A stretch of 64,000 bases of DNA, from NCBI GenBank assembly GCA_963977015.1, contig CAXBMO010000003.1, forward strand, positions 192,001 to 256,000. The letters are read 5' to 3'. The stretch comes from an uncultured bacterium. Lineage in GTDB: Bacteria; Verrucomicrobiota; Verrucomicrobiia; Verrucomicrobiales; DEV007. The position numbers and the translations under genes are program-made. Below the pieces are notes generated by a model. The model searched no databases. It was not told where the DNA came from and worked only from the letters and a program-made list of their open reading frames with translations. Within the stretch, counting starts at the first letter, position 1, and every line of letters begins with the position of its first letter. Positions 28,787 to 38,642 of this stretch are shown here, one piece after another.

Positions 28787-29539
28787 CTAAATTCCGACTC
28801 TTCTGAATAACTTGTTCAACGGAAGCTGAATCCCGAGATAAAATTCACCAAAATCGGAATAAACGGCATTGATGGGATTGGATCGCATTTGGTAAACGAT
28901 GTCCTTAATCTGACAGGTGTCTTGAGCGAAAAGACTCACCGCCCGTTCCGCATCATCCAGCCCAACCGAGGTCGTCACCAATTGCTGAACACGGCCTTCG
29001 TAGCTCTCCTCAATTGGCTCACAGTCCTGAATCAGCTTTCGTCGTTGATCAAAGGACAATTCATACCAGTTCTGGCCGGGTTCCCGACGATTCATGATGT
29101 TGTAAAACGCCAGGATTGGCCAATCCGGCAAACGCGGATACAGCGAATCCTTTACTCCAACTGACTGCTTTGACGTCGTGTATTCACTGATTTCCGTCAT
29201 CGAGAGGTAGCTGTAGACCGGATTAAGCATATCCGGCCCCAACGATTGGGAAATCCGCTTCTCGAACATGTTCAAGTCGTGCAGGTCCGGCGTCACGAGG
29301 ATAAACCCGATGTCAGCCTTCGGCGACACGATGCTAAAAGTCAGAAACTGCGTGTTCGGGTGGGTGCGAATCTCCTGAGCCAATTCCGTAAGGTTCGTTT
29401 TGGCCTCCAAACGATCCTGATCACTAATCTCAGCCCAATGGGCGTGATCAATCTGGTAAAAGAGATGCAAAAAATGCCATCCTTCGTCAGGAATAAGTTT
29501 CTCTTCCGGGGCTGGAAATGGATCGACGTCTGGACTCAT
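28787..29539 (-). CDS. Coproheme decarboxylase (ChdC/HemQ) / chlorite dismutase family homologue, divergent
   Basis: [38 protein letters not shown] and FGEFYLG motifs. Start uncertain. Confidence 0.8.
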   Translation of the reverse strand: MSPDVDPFPAPEEKLIPDEGWHFLHLFYQIDHAHWAEISDQDRLEAKTNLTELAQEIRTHPNTQFLTFSIVSPKADIGFILVTPDLHDLNMFEKRISQSLGPDMLNPVYSYLSMTEISEYTTSKQSVGVKDSLYPRLPDWPILAFYNIMNRREPGQNWYELSFDQRRKLIQDCEPIEESYEGRVQQLVTTSVGLDDAERAVSLFAQDTCQIKDIVYQMRSNPINAVYSDFGEFYLGIQLPLNKLFRRVGI

Positions 29540-29693
29540 GGATGGGAATCGGCTAGGGCAGAACTTTCCGTAACCATGGTTGGATTCCCCCAAAGATCAA
29601 CCTTTGGCCGAGCTGTCAAGCCAATCAAAAAAAACCATTGCGCTGAAGGGCAAAAGCATTAACGTCCGCCGCTAATCAACTCACCTTTTTAGA

Positions 29694-29927
29694 ATGGCCG
29701 ATACCGAGAACAAGCAGCCCGAAAACGTCACCGGAGAATACTACGTCGATGATCAATGCATTGATTGCGATCTTTGCCGTGAAACCGCTCCTGATAATTT
29801 CAAGCGCAGCGACGATGCTGGTTATTCGTACGTTTACAAGCAGCCGGAGAATGACGAGGAGCGCGCTCTTTGTGAGGAAGCCCTGGAAGGTTGCCCCGTG
29901 GAAGCGATTGGCGACGACGGCGAATAG
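29694..29927 (+). CDS. Monocluster ferredoxin
   Basis: CIDCDLC...CPVEAIG motifs; acidic 77-aa protein. Confidence 0.93.
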   Translation: MADTENKQPENVTGEYYVDDQCIDCDLCRETAPDNFKRSDDAGYSYVYKQPENDEERALCEEALEGCPVEAIGDDGE

Positions 29928-29982
29928 GGACTCCGGTTCACGATTTCCTTGCGGCGCTTTGCTGGGGTGTTAGTGGTTACCC

Positions 29983-30375
29983 ATGGACCCTTCACGCCGA
30001 CGCGAGTTTCAAGCCAAGTGGCAAGCTTGGCAGGAACAATGTGATTCCCGTTGGCGAGGTCGCCGGGAAGCCTTGGAAGGCCGGCCTGCGAAAGATGCGA
30101 GCCAGGACCTGGAAAAGGTCCTTTCCAAATTGGGAATCCAGGAGCGACTCCTTGAAGATCAGATGATCGAAGCCTGGGGTGAGGTCGTTGGGCCTGCTGT
30201 CGCTCACAATACTCGCCCCGTGCAGATCAAACGGGGAGAGTTGGTGGTTGCCGTCACCCAACCTGCGCTAAAATATGATTTGGAGAGATTTCATCGCGGG
30301 GAGATTCTGCGGCGACTCCAAGAGCAATTCGGTACCGCAACCATTCGGAGTTTGAGATTTCGCGTCGGAAACTGA
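29983..30375 (+). CDS. DUF721 / DciA family protein
   Basis: AWGEVVGPAVAHNTRP...GELVVAV...ILRRL...IRSLRF pattern. Confidence 0.85.
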   Translation: MDPSRRREFQAKWQAWQEQCDSRWRGRREALEGRPAKDASQDLEKVLSKLGIQERLLEDQMIEAWGEVVGPAVAHNTRPVQIKRGELVVAVTQPALKYDLERFHRGEILRRLQEQFGTATIRSLRFRVGN

Positions 30376-30384
30376 CTTCGCAGA

Positions 30385-31431
30385 ATGTACCGGAATATCA
30401 TCTTCGACTGGTCCGGAACGCTTTGTAATGATCTGCCACCGGTCATTGACACCATCAATCGGATCCTGACGCACCATCAAGTCCAAGAAATTGATGAAGC
30501 GACCTTCCGGGAGGAATTCAAGCTTCCGTTCGGCGATTTCTACCAAAAATGGATTCCCGGAGCTTCCCACAAAGAACTGGAAACACTCTATGTCGACTAC
30601 TTCCCATTGTCGGAGAAAAAGGCGGAACCCATCCCCCATGCTCGCGAGTTCGTTGCTGCGATGCATGCGAACGGTAACCGCCTCTTTATCCTCAGCGCCG
30701 TAACGGCATCCCATTTTCACGAACAAGCGGAGTTGCTGAAGTTCGGCAATTGGTTTGAGGAGCTCTACCTCGAAGTTCGGGACAAACGGCAACGGATCCA
30801 TCACATCCTCGAGACCAAGGGTCTCGATCCTGCCGAGACCTGCTTCATCGGGGATATGTGCCACGACGTCGACACCGCCAATCATGCGGGAATCACTTCC
30901 ATCGCAGTTTTGACCGGATACGACTCAGCTCGAAAATTGGCCGAAAGCGAACCTGATGTCATGGTTGCGCATTTGAACCAACTTCATGATTGGTTCCGCC
31001 GCTCTGATGTGTTTCAACAAGTGCCCGTCTCCACGGTTGGAGCATTGATTTTCGACTCTAAGAACAGGGTCCTGATGCTTCGGTCCCAAAAGTGGCAGAA
31101 CAAATGGGGAATCCCCGGTGGCAAGATTCGTCGCGGAGAGACCAGTTGGGATGCTGTTCACCGGGAAGTGCGTGAGGAAACTGGCATCGATCTGGAATCG
31201 GTTGAATTTCTGCGCACGGACGACTGGATTGATCCGCCGGAGTTCAAGCATCCGGCGCACTTTCTGTTACTTTCCTACACCGGTCGATCCGAGACGACGG
31301 AGGTGAAACTCAACGAAGTGGCGCAAGACTTTGTGTGGCTGGAGCCCGCTGCTGCCCGAGAACTCGACCTCAACACACCGAGTCGTTCGATACTGGAAGA
31401 TTGGTTGGATCGGCAGACTTCCGGGGCCTAA
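30385..31431 (+). CDS. HAD-family hydrolase fused to a NUDIX hydrolase
   Basis: IIFDWSGTL and FIGDMCHD HAD motifs; Nudix box GGKIRRGETSWDAVHREVREETG. Confidence 0.88.
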   Translation: MYRNIIFDWSGTLCNDLPPVIDTINRILTHHQVQEIDEATFREEFKLPFGDFYQKWIPGASHKELETLYVDYFPLSEKKAEPIPHAREFVAAMHANGNRLFILSAVTASHFHEQAELLKFGNWFEELYLEVRDKRQRIHHILETKGLDPAETCFIGDMCHDVDTANHAGITSIAVLTGYDSARKLAESEPDVMVAHLNQLHDWFRRSDVFQQVPVSTVGALIFDSKNRVLMLRSQKWQNKWGIPGGKIRRGETSWDAVHREVREETGIDLESVEFLRTDDWIDPPEFKHPAHFLLLSYTGRSETTEVKLNEVAQDFVWLEPAAARELDLNTPSRSILEDWLDRQTSGA

Positions 31432-31437
31432 CGACCG

Positions 31438-32667
31438 CTAGTTTTGGACTCCGGGAATCATTCCCTCGAGACCGGGAATGGATGGCGCATTGCTGCTGGT
31501 TGCTTCCCCACCCTCTTCTTCCTCGGGATCCTTCATCAGCTCAGAACGATTCTTGTTGATGCTGTCGGCAACAAATCCTCTCACCTTGTAAACGTGACCA
31601 ACGAGTGATTTCTCAAGCTTGAGTTTCTCTGTCCATTTCGTTTTCTGCTCCTGGAATTCCTTTTCTGCAGCCTCCTTATCCTCATCGCTTTCCCCTTCGA
31701 CAGCGGTGCGCTCTTTGGGGAGATCTGCTTCCACGCTTCCCAGCGCCAGCAAATACTCATTCTCATCGTTCTTCTCGCTCAGTTTCACCGAGTACTTGAA
31801 TCCCTCGAACGTCTCCACCTTGAACTCGACGTGGTTCGGCGCCTTCGCTTCGTCACCGATCAGAACATCCTCAAAACTGGGACTGGAAAACGCATTCTTC
31901 ATGCTGCTCACTTTGGTGGAATCAATTTCCTCGCCTTCCTTGGCACCCTCCAACGTGAAGTCACCTTTTTCGTCGGTTCGAACCAACTTCCATCCCTCCT
32001 CAGCATTCTCGGAAGGGATTCGCTCAATGCTTTTGACCTTCACAACCTTGAAGAAATCGCTATTCAGCCAATCTGCGGGGTTGGGCTCTAGATTGTCGAA
32101 TTTCTCATCCACGACAAAAACCTCGGGACTGTCCCCCCGTTTCACGTAGCGGCCCGTCGTTGTCTCCATTGGCCCAAATTGACCGGTCTCTGTTTTCTGG
32201 TATTCCTTCCCAACCCAAAGCTCTCCCACCGGATCACTTCCTTTCGAGAAACTCAAGATCGTCGCAATCGTTGCATCTTCCTCGCCCTCTTCCTTGGGTT
32301 CGTTCTCCTCCGGACTTAGCAGCCCAACGCGTCCATACTTGGAGGCTCCAACCGGAACCGTCTGGACAACGCCGAGGTCATAAATCGACGTGAGAAATTC
32401 ACCGACTTTTGCGATGTCCGCTGAATATCCACCGCGTTCTTTCACGACCCAGCCAGATTCACCGCGCTCCAGGTTCAGTTCGCCGTCCGACGTCTTCACC
32501 GCAAAGGCGCTAACGTGATTGACTGGGAAATCCTTGAACACCCGATTTTTTCCAACCGCGTCCTTGTTCTCGATGATGTTTCCTTGTCGCGACGCGTTAA
32601 AAACCAAAACCAGCAACGCGAGAACCGCGAAAACTCCGCCAAGCTTCAAAAGTTGATTCGTATTCAC
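31438..32667 (-). CDS. DUF4340 domain protein
   Basis: N-terminal anchor; GWVVKERGGYSAD, YGRVGL and GRYVK motifs; typical position after gldG. Confidence 0.75.
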   Translation of the reverse strand: MNTNQLLKLGGVFAVLALLVLVFNASRQGNIIENKDAVGKNRVFKDFPVNHVSAFAVKTSDGELNLERGESGWVVKERGGYSADIAKVGEFLTSIYDLGVVQTVPVGASKYGRVGLLSPEENEPKEEGEEDATIATILSFSKGSDPVGELWVGKEYQKTETGQFGPMETTTGRYVKRGDSPEVFVVDEKFDNLEPNPADWLNSDFFKVVKVKSIERIPSENAEEGWKLVRTDEKGDFTLEGAKEGEEIDSTKVSSMKNAFSSPSFEDVLIGDEAKAPNHVEFKVETFEGFKYSVKLSEKNDENEYLLALGSVEADLPKERTAVEGESDEDKEAAEKEFQEQKTKWTEKLKLEKSLVGHVYKVRGFVADSINKNRSELMKDPEEEEGGEATSSNAPSIPGLEGMIPGVQN

Positions 32668-32703
32668 TTCTCTAAATTAGTTGGGTTTAAAATCTGAGTT
32701 CGC

Positions 32704-34686
32704 TTATCGAGCCGCCATCCGGGTCTGACGCTTGCCATAAACGATGAGGCCAAGGACGATCACCACCAGGGGCATCACTGCGATGTTCACGAACTTGACC
32801 AGGTTCACAAAACTGTCCTTCCGGCGCTTCAATTGCTTCCGCAGCTCACGCACCGCGAGACTTGCCTGATATTCTTCCTCCCGCATTCTTTCAATCATTC
32901 CCTGATCGATCGCAGCCGGGTCGATGAAGAGCTGAGTTCCTCCATCACCGGTTTCCTCAATCTGAAGGGCTTCCTGCAGTTTCCGGCTTACCTCGTCTCG
33001 CTGCTTTTCAAGCTTCTCAATGCGATCGACCATCTGCGCTTCCGCTTTCGCCTGCATCTCATTCAACTTGGTGAACGGGCGACGGGTTGAAGCACGACTC
33101 CGGAGACTGACCAGATATCCTTCCTTGTCCGAGAGCACCTCCACAACGTTCTGCAGGAGACTCAGGTTTTGATTGAGAGGTTGCGCATATCCGGGGATTG
33201 GCAATTGCCGCACGGAGAACTGGTCGTAAAACATGTCAACATCGGCAATAAGAACGACGACGCCTTCCTTTTCAGACTCCTTCAGCGAGCCTTCCTTCCC
33301 TTCCTTTTTCGCTTCTTCCTTTTCTGCGTCATCTCCTTCTTCCGGGGACGCGTCTTCAGCGTCCGGTTCCGCGTTCGGATCCCCATCCGGAAAGGCACTC
33401 TTGAAGTTACCTTTCAATCTGGTCACCAGCTGATAGGTCTCACCGGTCGGCCGAAAATCGCGCTCCAGTTGATCCAGCGCGGATGGTTCCGCTTCGAAAG
33501 AATTGACCATCTGGGTCTGCTCGGAGGAAGTCACCAACGTTTCCAACTCAACACCGTCCTTTTTGGAGATCTTGAAGCCTCCTGGAAACGGCAAGTAGAC
33601 ATCGACCATCTGTGAAGTGACGACATCCTCGTCGTTCATCGCTTCCTGCCCCAGAGACAGAAGGGTTGGAAGGAAGCGGTTCCGCTCGATCTCTGTGCGG
33701 AACGCCGCGTCGGCCAATACCTGGCTGCTTTGATACTCGACGCCCCAAGCCTCAAACAACGTTGGCAAATCCGAGGATGGCAGTGGCCCTGCGGATGGAG
33801 GAGCGCCCCCAAACGGGTTTTGCTGCTGTTGCGGCGGAGTCAACGCCCTTGCGGAATAGAACAAGGGATCCACTACCGCGATGACGGCACCGCCGGAAAG
33901 AAGATACTGGTCGATGGCGTATTCACCGACGTCGGTGATGTCATACGGATGAAGAACGAGCAAGACGTCGGTGTCTTCATCAATCTTTTCGGTATTGGAG
34001 GGAATGGTCTCCACCTGGTAATCGCGCTCGAGTTGGCGATAGAAAAACCACGCAGGCGCAGGTCCTCCCTGAAAGTTGCCGCCACTGAATCCGCCGGCGA
34101 CATTCATCGCCGTCATCACCGTGATCTTGGGCTTCTCATCGCGATAAACCCGGGAAATGGCGTTGGTGATGTCGTACTCCAGCAATTCCTCGCGATTGGG
34201 ATCAATGTAGGGGATCACCTCTTTTTCATCGAGGCACTCCACGACCACACCCATGTAAATCTGTCCCCTTTGACCACGGAGCGGCTGAAGTCCTGCCATT
34301 TCCGCAGCGTCTTCGGCGTTGGTGTCCGGCTCAGGATTCAATTTCTCGAAGATCAGATTTCCTCTTCCAAGCTTCTTGTATTCAAGCAAGCGATCCTCTA
34401 CGGCGCGGGCAAGATTTCGCTCCTCGGGCGACATCATGTCGCGATCATCCGTCACGAAATAGCGAATCTTAACCGGCGTATCGAGCCCTTTGACAATGGC
34501 CTTGGTCCCGGAAGAAAGCGTGTAGATGTTATGCTGGGTGAGGTCGGCGCGAAATGGCAAAAAGCTAACCAGCGCATTCAGAACAAAAACGATTCCCAGG
34601 ACAATGAGAATCCCGGTAAAGGAAAGAACATCATCGCGCTTCGGATTCCCAAGCGCAGTCTGGATATTTCTAAGAATGTCACTCAT
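32704..34686 (-). CDS. GldG-like ABC transporter auxiliary component
   Basis: RADLTQHNIYTLSSGT, LEYDITNAI, YAIDQYLLSGG and VLIADVDM motifs; TM at both ends. Confidence 0.88.
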   Translation of the reverse strand: MSDILRNIQTALGNPKRDDVLSFTGILIVLGIVFVLNALVSFLPFRADLTQHNIYTLSSGTKAIVKGLDTPVKIRYFVTDDRDMMSPEERNLARAVEDRLLEYKKLGRGNLIFEKLNPEPDTNAEDAAEMAGLQPLRGQRGQIYMGVVVECLDEKEVIPYIDPNREELLEYDITNAISRVYRDEKPKITVMTAMNVAGGFSGGNFQGGPAPAWFFYRQLERDYQVETIPSNTEKIDEDTDVLLVLHPYDITDVGEYAIDQYLLSGGAVIAVVDPLFYSARALTPPQQQQNPFGGAPPSAGPLPSSDLPTLFEAWGVEYQSSQVLADAAFRTEIERNRFLPTLLSLGQEAMNDEDVVTSQMVDVYLPFPGGFKISKKDGVELETLVTSSEQTQMVNSFEAEPSALDQLERDFRPTGETYQLVTRLKGNFKSAFPDGDPNAEPDAEDASPEEGDDAEKEEAKKEGKEGSLKESEKEGVVVLIADVDMFYDQFSVRQLPIPGYAQPLNQNLSLLQNVVEVLSDKEGYLVSLRSRASTRRPFTKLNEMQAKAEAQMVDRIEKLEKQRDEVSRKLQEALQIEETGDGGTQLFIDPAAIDQGMIERMREEEYQASLAVRELRKQLKRRKDSFVNLVKFVNIAVMPLVVIVLGLIVYGKRQTRMAAR

Positions 34687-34707
34687 GATTTGAGGAAAGA
34701 AAAGGGG

Positions 34708-35547
34708 TTAGGCACGTTGGAGGCGAAGAACGACCGCCGTGGTGAAAAGGCAGAAAGCGATGAGAGAAACGAAGTAGACCACGTCGCTTCCAAGAACGAT
34801 GCCTTTGTTCATTTCGCGGAAGTGATTCCAGAAGCCGAGGCTGGTGAGGCCTCCGGCGACGAGTTCTCCCAGCGATGGGATGAAGTTGAATACCGCACCA
34901 CCAAATTCAGCGACCGGCGGCAGACTGACGAACATCATCATCCCACTGATCAGCACCGCAATGAGGAAGGCGACGACCTGACTCCGGGTAAATGCGGAAA
35001 CAGCGGAGGTGATGGCAAGGCAACTGGTGGCCAACAAAAAGCTGGCCAGATACCCGCTCCACATGGGACCCCAATCGGGATCACCAAGATATTCCATCGT
35101 AATGACGGCCGGAAAGGTAAAGAACAACGCCGCCCAAATGACAACGGCTGCCGCCAAGAACTTCCCAACAATTGCGTGCCACGTGGCGATCGGCATTGTG
35201 CTCAACAACTCAATCGTCCCCAAGCGATGCTCTTCGGACCACAGGCGCATGCCGATCGCTGGGGCTACGAAGATAAAAATCCAGGGATGGAAACTAAAAA
35301 AGGAGTCCGTTAGCGAGGCATCGCCACGTTCAATGAACCCTCCCAGCGTGAAGGACAGGACCATGGTCAGGACCGTGAAAACGAAGACGCAGACGTAGGC
35401 GATTGGAGAGTAAAAGAAGCTTTGCAGCTCTCTCACAAAAGTCGTTTTAATCCCCCTGGGCAAGACGTGCCAAATGAGATAATATCCAATCCCGGCAAAC
35501 GCGGCGACAGGTAGCAAAAAGTAGAAGATAAGAAGAATTCCCTTCAT
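34708..35547 (-). CDS. GldF-like ABC-2 permease
   Basis: RELQSFFYSPIAY and MRLWSEEHRLGTIELL...GKFLA motifs. Confidence 0.9.
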   Translation of the reverse strand: MKGILLIFYFLLPVAAFAGIGYYLIWHVLPRGIKTTFVRELQSFFYSPIAYVCVFVFTVLTMVLSFTLGGFIERGDASLTDSFFSFHPWIFIFVAPAIGMRLWSEEHRLGTIELLSTMPIATWHAIVGKFLAAAVVIWAALFFTFPAVITMEYLGDPDWGPMWSGYLASFLLATSCLAITSAVSAFTRSQVVAFLIAVLISGMMMFVSLPPVAEFGGAVFNFIPSLGELVAGGLTSLGFWNHFREMNKGIVLGSDVVYFVSLIAFCLFTTAVVLRLQRA

Positions 35548-35584
35548 CGTAGAATCAGTTAAAGGTGAAAATGAGCCGTTGAGG

Positions 35585-36532
35585 TTAGGCGGCGTCTTTG
35601 GTCGTCAAACTGCGGAAAACCTCATCCAGTTGCCCTTGCTCAACGCTCAATTCCTCAACCCGGAGCGATTTCTCAACACAGAGATCGAAGAGCGAAGCGG
35701 GAAGCTCGCCATTCGACTTTGCTTTCGGATGAACTCGCAAGGCGAGGAAATCATCCTTCGAGTTGAGAACATCAACAGACTCGGTCTGGTTGAGTTTTTG
35801 AATTCCTTCACGGAGACCATCCGTTCCCTTGCCGCTAGCCCGTAACAGAATTGCACCCGCATTTTTGGAGCGTGCCTTCAATTCCGACGGCGTGCCATTG
35901 GCAATCACTTTGCCCCGATCGATAATGATCGCTCTCGTGCAAGCCGCCTCGACCTCTTCCAGAATGTGGGTCGAGAAGATAATCGCCTTGGTCTCGCCCA
36001 ATCTCTTGAGCAGTGCCCTAACCTCGTGTTTCTGATTGGGATCCAATCCATCGGTAGGCTCATCGAGAACCAGAATTGGCGGATCATGAATCAGAGACTG
36101 CGCAAGACACGTGCGGTGGCGATAGCCTTTTGACAATGTATCGATGCTCTGTTGATAGACGGGCTGGAGAAAGCAAAGCTCCACGACGTGGTCGATTGCA
36201 TTCTTTTTGGCCGAGCCCTCGATTCCACGAATTTCGGCTGAGTAGGATAGGAAATCCTTCACCGACATATCATTGTAGAGAGGGGCCGACTCGGGAAGGT
36301 ATCCGATTTTCGATTTCGCTCCGATTTCGTCGTCTGCGATATTCGTCCCGGCAATCGTGATAGAGCCTTCTGAGGATGGAAGAAATCCGGTGACCATCCT
36401 CATGGTGGTGGACTTTCCGGCTCCGTTTGGCCCTAAAAATCCCAAAACTTCGCCAGTCCGGACTTCAAACGAAATGTCATCAACGGCGACTTTGGAGCCA
36501 AACCGCTTTGTAAGGTTTTTAACTTCAATCAT
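35585..36532 (-). CDS. GldA-like ABC ATP-binding protein
   Basis: GPNGAGKST, LSKGYRHR, LDEPTDGLDPNQ and STHIL motifs. Confidence 0.92.
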   Translation of the reverse strand: MIEVKNLTKRFGSKVAVDDISFEVRTGEVLGFLGPNGAGKSTTMRMVTGFLPSSEGSITIAGTNIADDEIGAKSKIGYLPESAPLYNDMSVKDFLSYSAEIRGIEGSAKKNAIDHVVELCFLQPVYQQSIDTLSKGYRHRTCLAQSLIHDPPILVLDEPTDGLDPNQKHEVRALLKRLGETKAIIFSTHILEEVEAACTRAIIIDRGKVIANGTPSELKARSKNAGAILLRASGKGTDGLREGIQKLNQTESVDVLNSKDDFLALRVHPKAKSNGELPASLFDLCVEKSLRVEELSVEQGQLDEVFRSLTTKDAA

Positions 36533-36696
36533 TCTAGCAAAACGCAGTTCTCACAGGGGTGGTGAAAAGAGAAATTGCCAAAACTCAGCTTAATTCAAAC
36601 AGCAAGATAGGCGTATCTATCCTTCGGGAGATTTCAAGTGGAAAATCCTCTTCTCACAGGGCTTGCAATTTCAACAAGCCCAAGGGAGGACTTCCC

Positions 36697-37455
36697 ATGC
36701 GCTTGATATCTTGGAACGTCAACGGTATTCGATCAGCAATGGACAAGGGTTTTCGCGATTTTGTCGAATCAACCGCGCCTGACGTCCTTTGCCTTCAGGA
36801 AACCAAAGCTCGGCCTGAACAAGTTGATCTGGGCTGGGCGAATGAGCTCGGCTACTCTCAATCGTGGAATTCTGCGCAGAAGAAGGGCTACAGCGGGACA
36901 TCGATTTGGTTGAAACAAAGCGCCTTGGATACGAAAAATGGAATCGGCATCGAGGAACACGATCAGGAAGGGCGAACGATCACGGTCGATTTGGGCGATT
37001 TTTTCCTCGTAACGGTCTACACGCCCAACTCGCAACGGGGTCTGCTTCGGCTGGAGTATCGCCAAAAGTGGGATCAGGATTTTTTGGCATACCTGCAAAA
37101 GCTGGAGAAGTCCAAGCCGGTCATTTTTTGCGGGGATCTTAATTGCGCCCACCAGGAAATTGATCTCGCGAATCCAAAATCCAACAAAAAGAATGCAGGT
37201 TTCACGATCGAGGAACGCGACGGACTTAGTCGAATTCTCTCAAGTGGCTATGTCGACTCCTTTCGCGCACTCCACCCGGAGCCTGACAACTACACCTGGT
37301 GGACCTACCGCAGCAATGCCCGCGAGCGAAACATTGGATGGCGTCTCGACTACTTTTGCGTATCGGAGGCCGTATGGGATTCGGTAGAGGCCGCCTCCAT
37401 CTTGAGCGATGTCCACGGATCGGACCATTGTCCTGTCGAACTCACCCTCCGATAA
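36697..37455 (+). CDS. xth: Exodeoxyribonuclease III
   Basis: SWNVNGIR, LQETK, GDLN, GWRLDY and SDHCP motifs; GGGAGGA ribosome-binding site. Confidence 0.95.
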   Translation: MRLISWNVNGIRSAMDKGFRDFVESTAPDVLCLQETKARPEQVDLGWANELGYSQSWNSAQKKGYSGTSIWLKQSALDTKNGIGIEEHDQEGRTITVDLGDFFLVTVYTPNSQRGLLRLEYRQKWDQDFLAYLQKLEKSKPVIFCGDLNCAHQEIDLANPKSNKKNAGFTIEERDGLSRILSSGYVDSFRALHPEPDNYTWWTYRSNARERNIGWRLDYFCVSEAVWDSVEAASILSDVHGSDHCPVELTLR

Positions 37456-37478
37456 CTGTGAACTCAATTTGAGTCGTA

Positions 37479-38642
37479 ATGGATCCTGTTCCAATTTCCG
37501 CCATGATGCTTCTCTCCGCAGGTCCAATCGGTGTGCCAGAAGAAGGTTCCTGGACCTTGCTCATTGTCTTCATTTGTCTGGCGATCGGAATTTCCTTCGT
37601 TTGCTCTGTCCTTGAGGCCGTCCTCCTGAGCGTTACCCGCCCCTACATTGCAACGTTGAAAAAGGAGACCCCGGTTGCGGGCGCCCTCTTGGAACGAATG
37701 AAGGAGCAGATCAACCGTCCGCTCACATCGATTTTGACGTTGAATACCATTGCCCACACGGTTGGTGCGATGGGGGTCGGTGCTCAAGTCAAGGCGCTAT
37801 CAGGCGGGGGCGCGTGGGAGGCCATCGCCGGTGCGCTCATGACCCTGGCGGTTTTGATTCTGTCAGAAATCATTCCGAAAAACCTTGGCGCGCGACATTG
37901 GCGGGCTTGGGGCCCCTGGGTCGCCTTGGTTCTCAATTGGCTGACCCGCGCCATGTCCCTCTTCATCAAACTGATTGAGCTCTTCAACAAGGGTGGCCAC
38001 CATCGGGAGTCATTCAGTCGCGACGAACTTGAAGTGATGGCCGAGATGGGAAGGCGCGAAGGCAAGCTGCATGAGGGCGAATCCCGGATCCTGCGCAACC
38101 TTTTGCAACTTCCTGATTACACCGTTCACGATGTCATGACTCCGCGAGTCGTTGTTTTCGCGCTGCACGAAGACTCCACGATCGAAGATTTCATGAAAGA
38201 GCACGGCGAGACGCCGTTCTCCAGAATTCCGGTTTATGGAGAAAATCTGGATGATATCCGGGGTTTTGTTTTGAAGAACGACGCCCTTTTGGCTGCGGCA
38301 AAAGACCAGCACCAGACCCCTCTGAAGGAATTGGCGCGCCCCATCACCACCCTGGCCGCTGCCACCAGCCTCACGAGCGCCTTTGAGCAAATGATCTCCA
38401 ACAGCGACCATGTGGCCATCGTTCTGGACGAATTCGGAGGGTCCGAAGGTCTCGTAACGTTTGAGGACATTGTCGAAACCCTGTTGGGACTGGAAATCGT
38501 CGATGAGGCGGACACCAAAGAGGACATGCAGGAATTTGCCCGCTCACTTTGGAGGCGAAGAGCCAATCGAATGGGAATCCGGCTGGAGGAAACGGAAGGC
38601 CTTGAGTCGAAGCAGCCCCCTTCTTCCTCACCACAGTCATGA
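37479..38642 (+). CDS. CNNM/DUF21 plus CBS-pair membrane protein (CorB/hemolysin family)
   Basis: SFVCSVLEAVLLS, SEIIPKN, VMTPR, FSRIPVY and DEFGG...VTFEDIVE motifs. Confidence 0.9.
   Translation: MDPVPISAMMLLSAGPIGVPEEGSWTLLIVFICLAIGISFVCSVLEAVLLSVTRPYIATLKKETPVAGALLERMKEQINRPLTSILTLNTIAHTVGAMGVGAQVKALSGGGAWEAIAGALMTLAVLILSEIIPKNLGARHWRAWGPWVALVLNWLTRAMSLFIKLIELFNKGGHHRESFSRDELEVMAEMGRREGKLHEGESRILRNLLQLPDYTVHDVMTPRVVVFALHEDSTIEDFMKEHGETPFSRIPVYGENLDDIRGFVLKNDALLAAAKDQHQTPLKELARPITTLAAATSLTSAFEQMISNSDHVAIVLDEFGGSEGLVTFEDIVETLLGLEIVDEADTKEDMQEFARSLWRRRANRMGIRLEETEGLESKQPPSSSPQS

Noticed and set aside
33730-35313. 527-aa plus-strand ORF
   Set aside because: Antisense shadow of the gldG- and gldF-like genes with no recognisable motifs.
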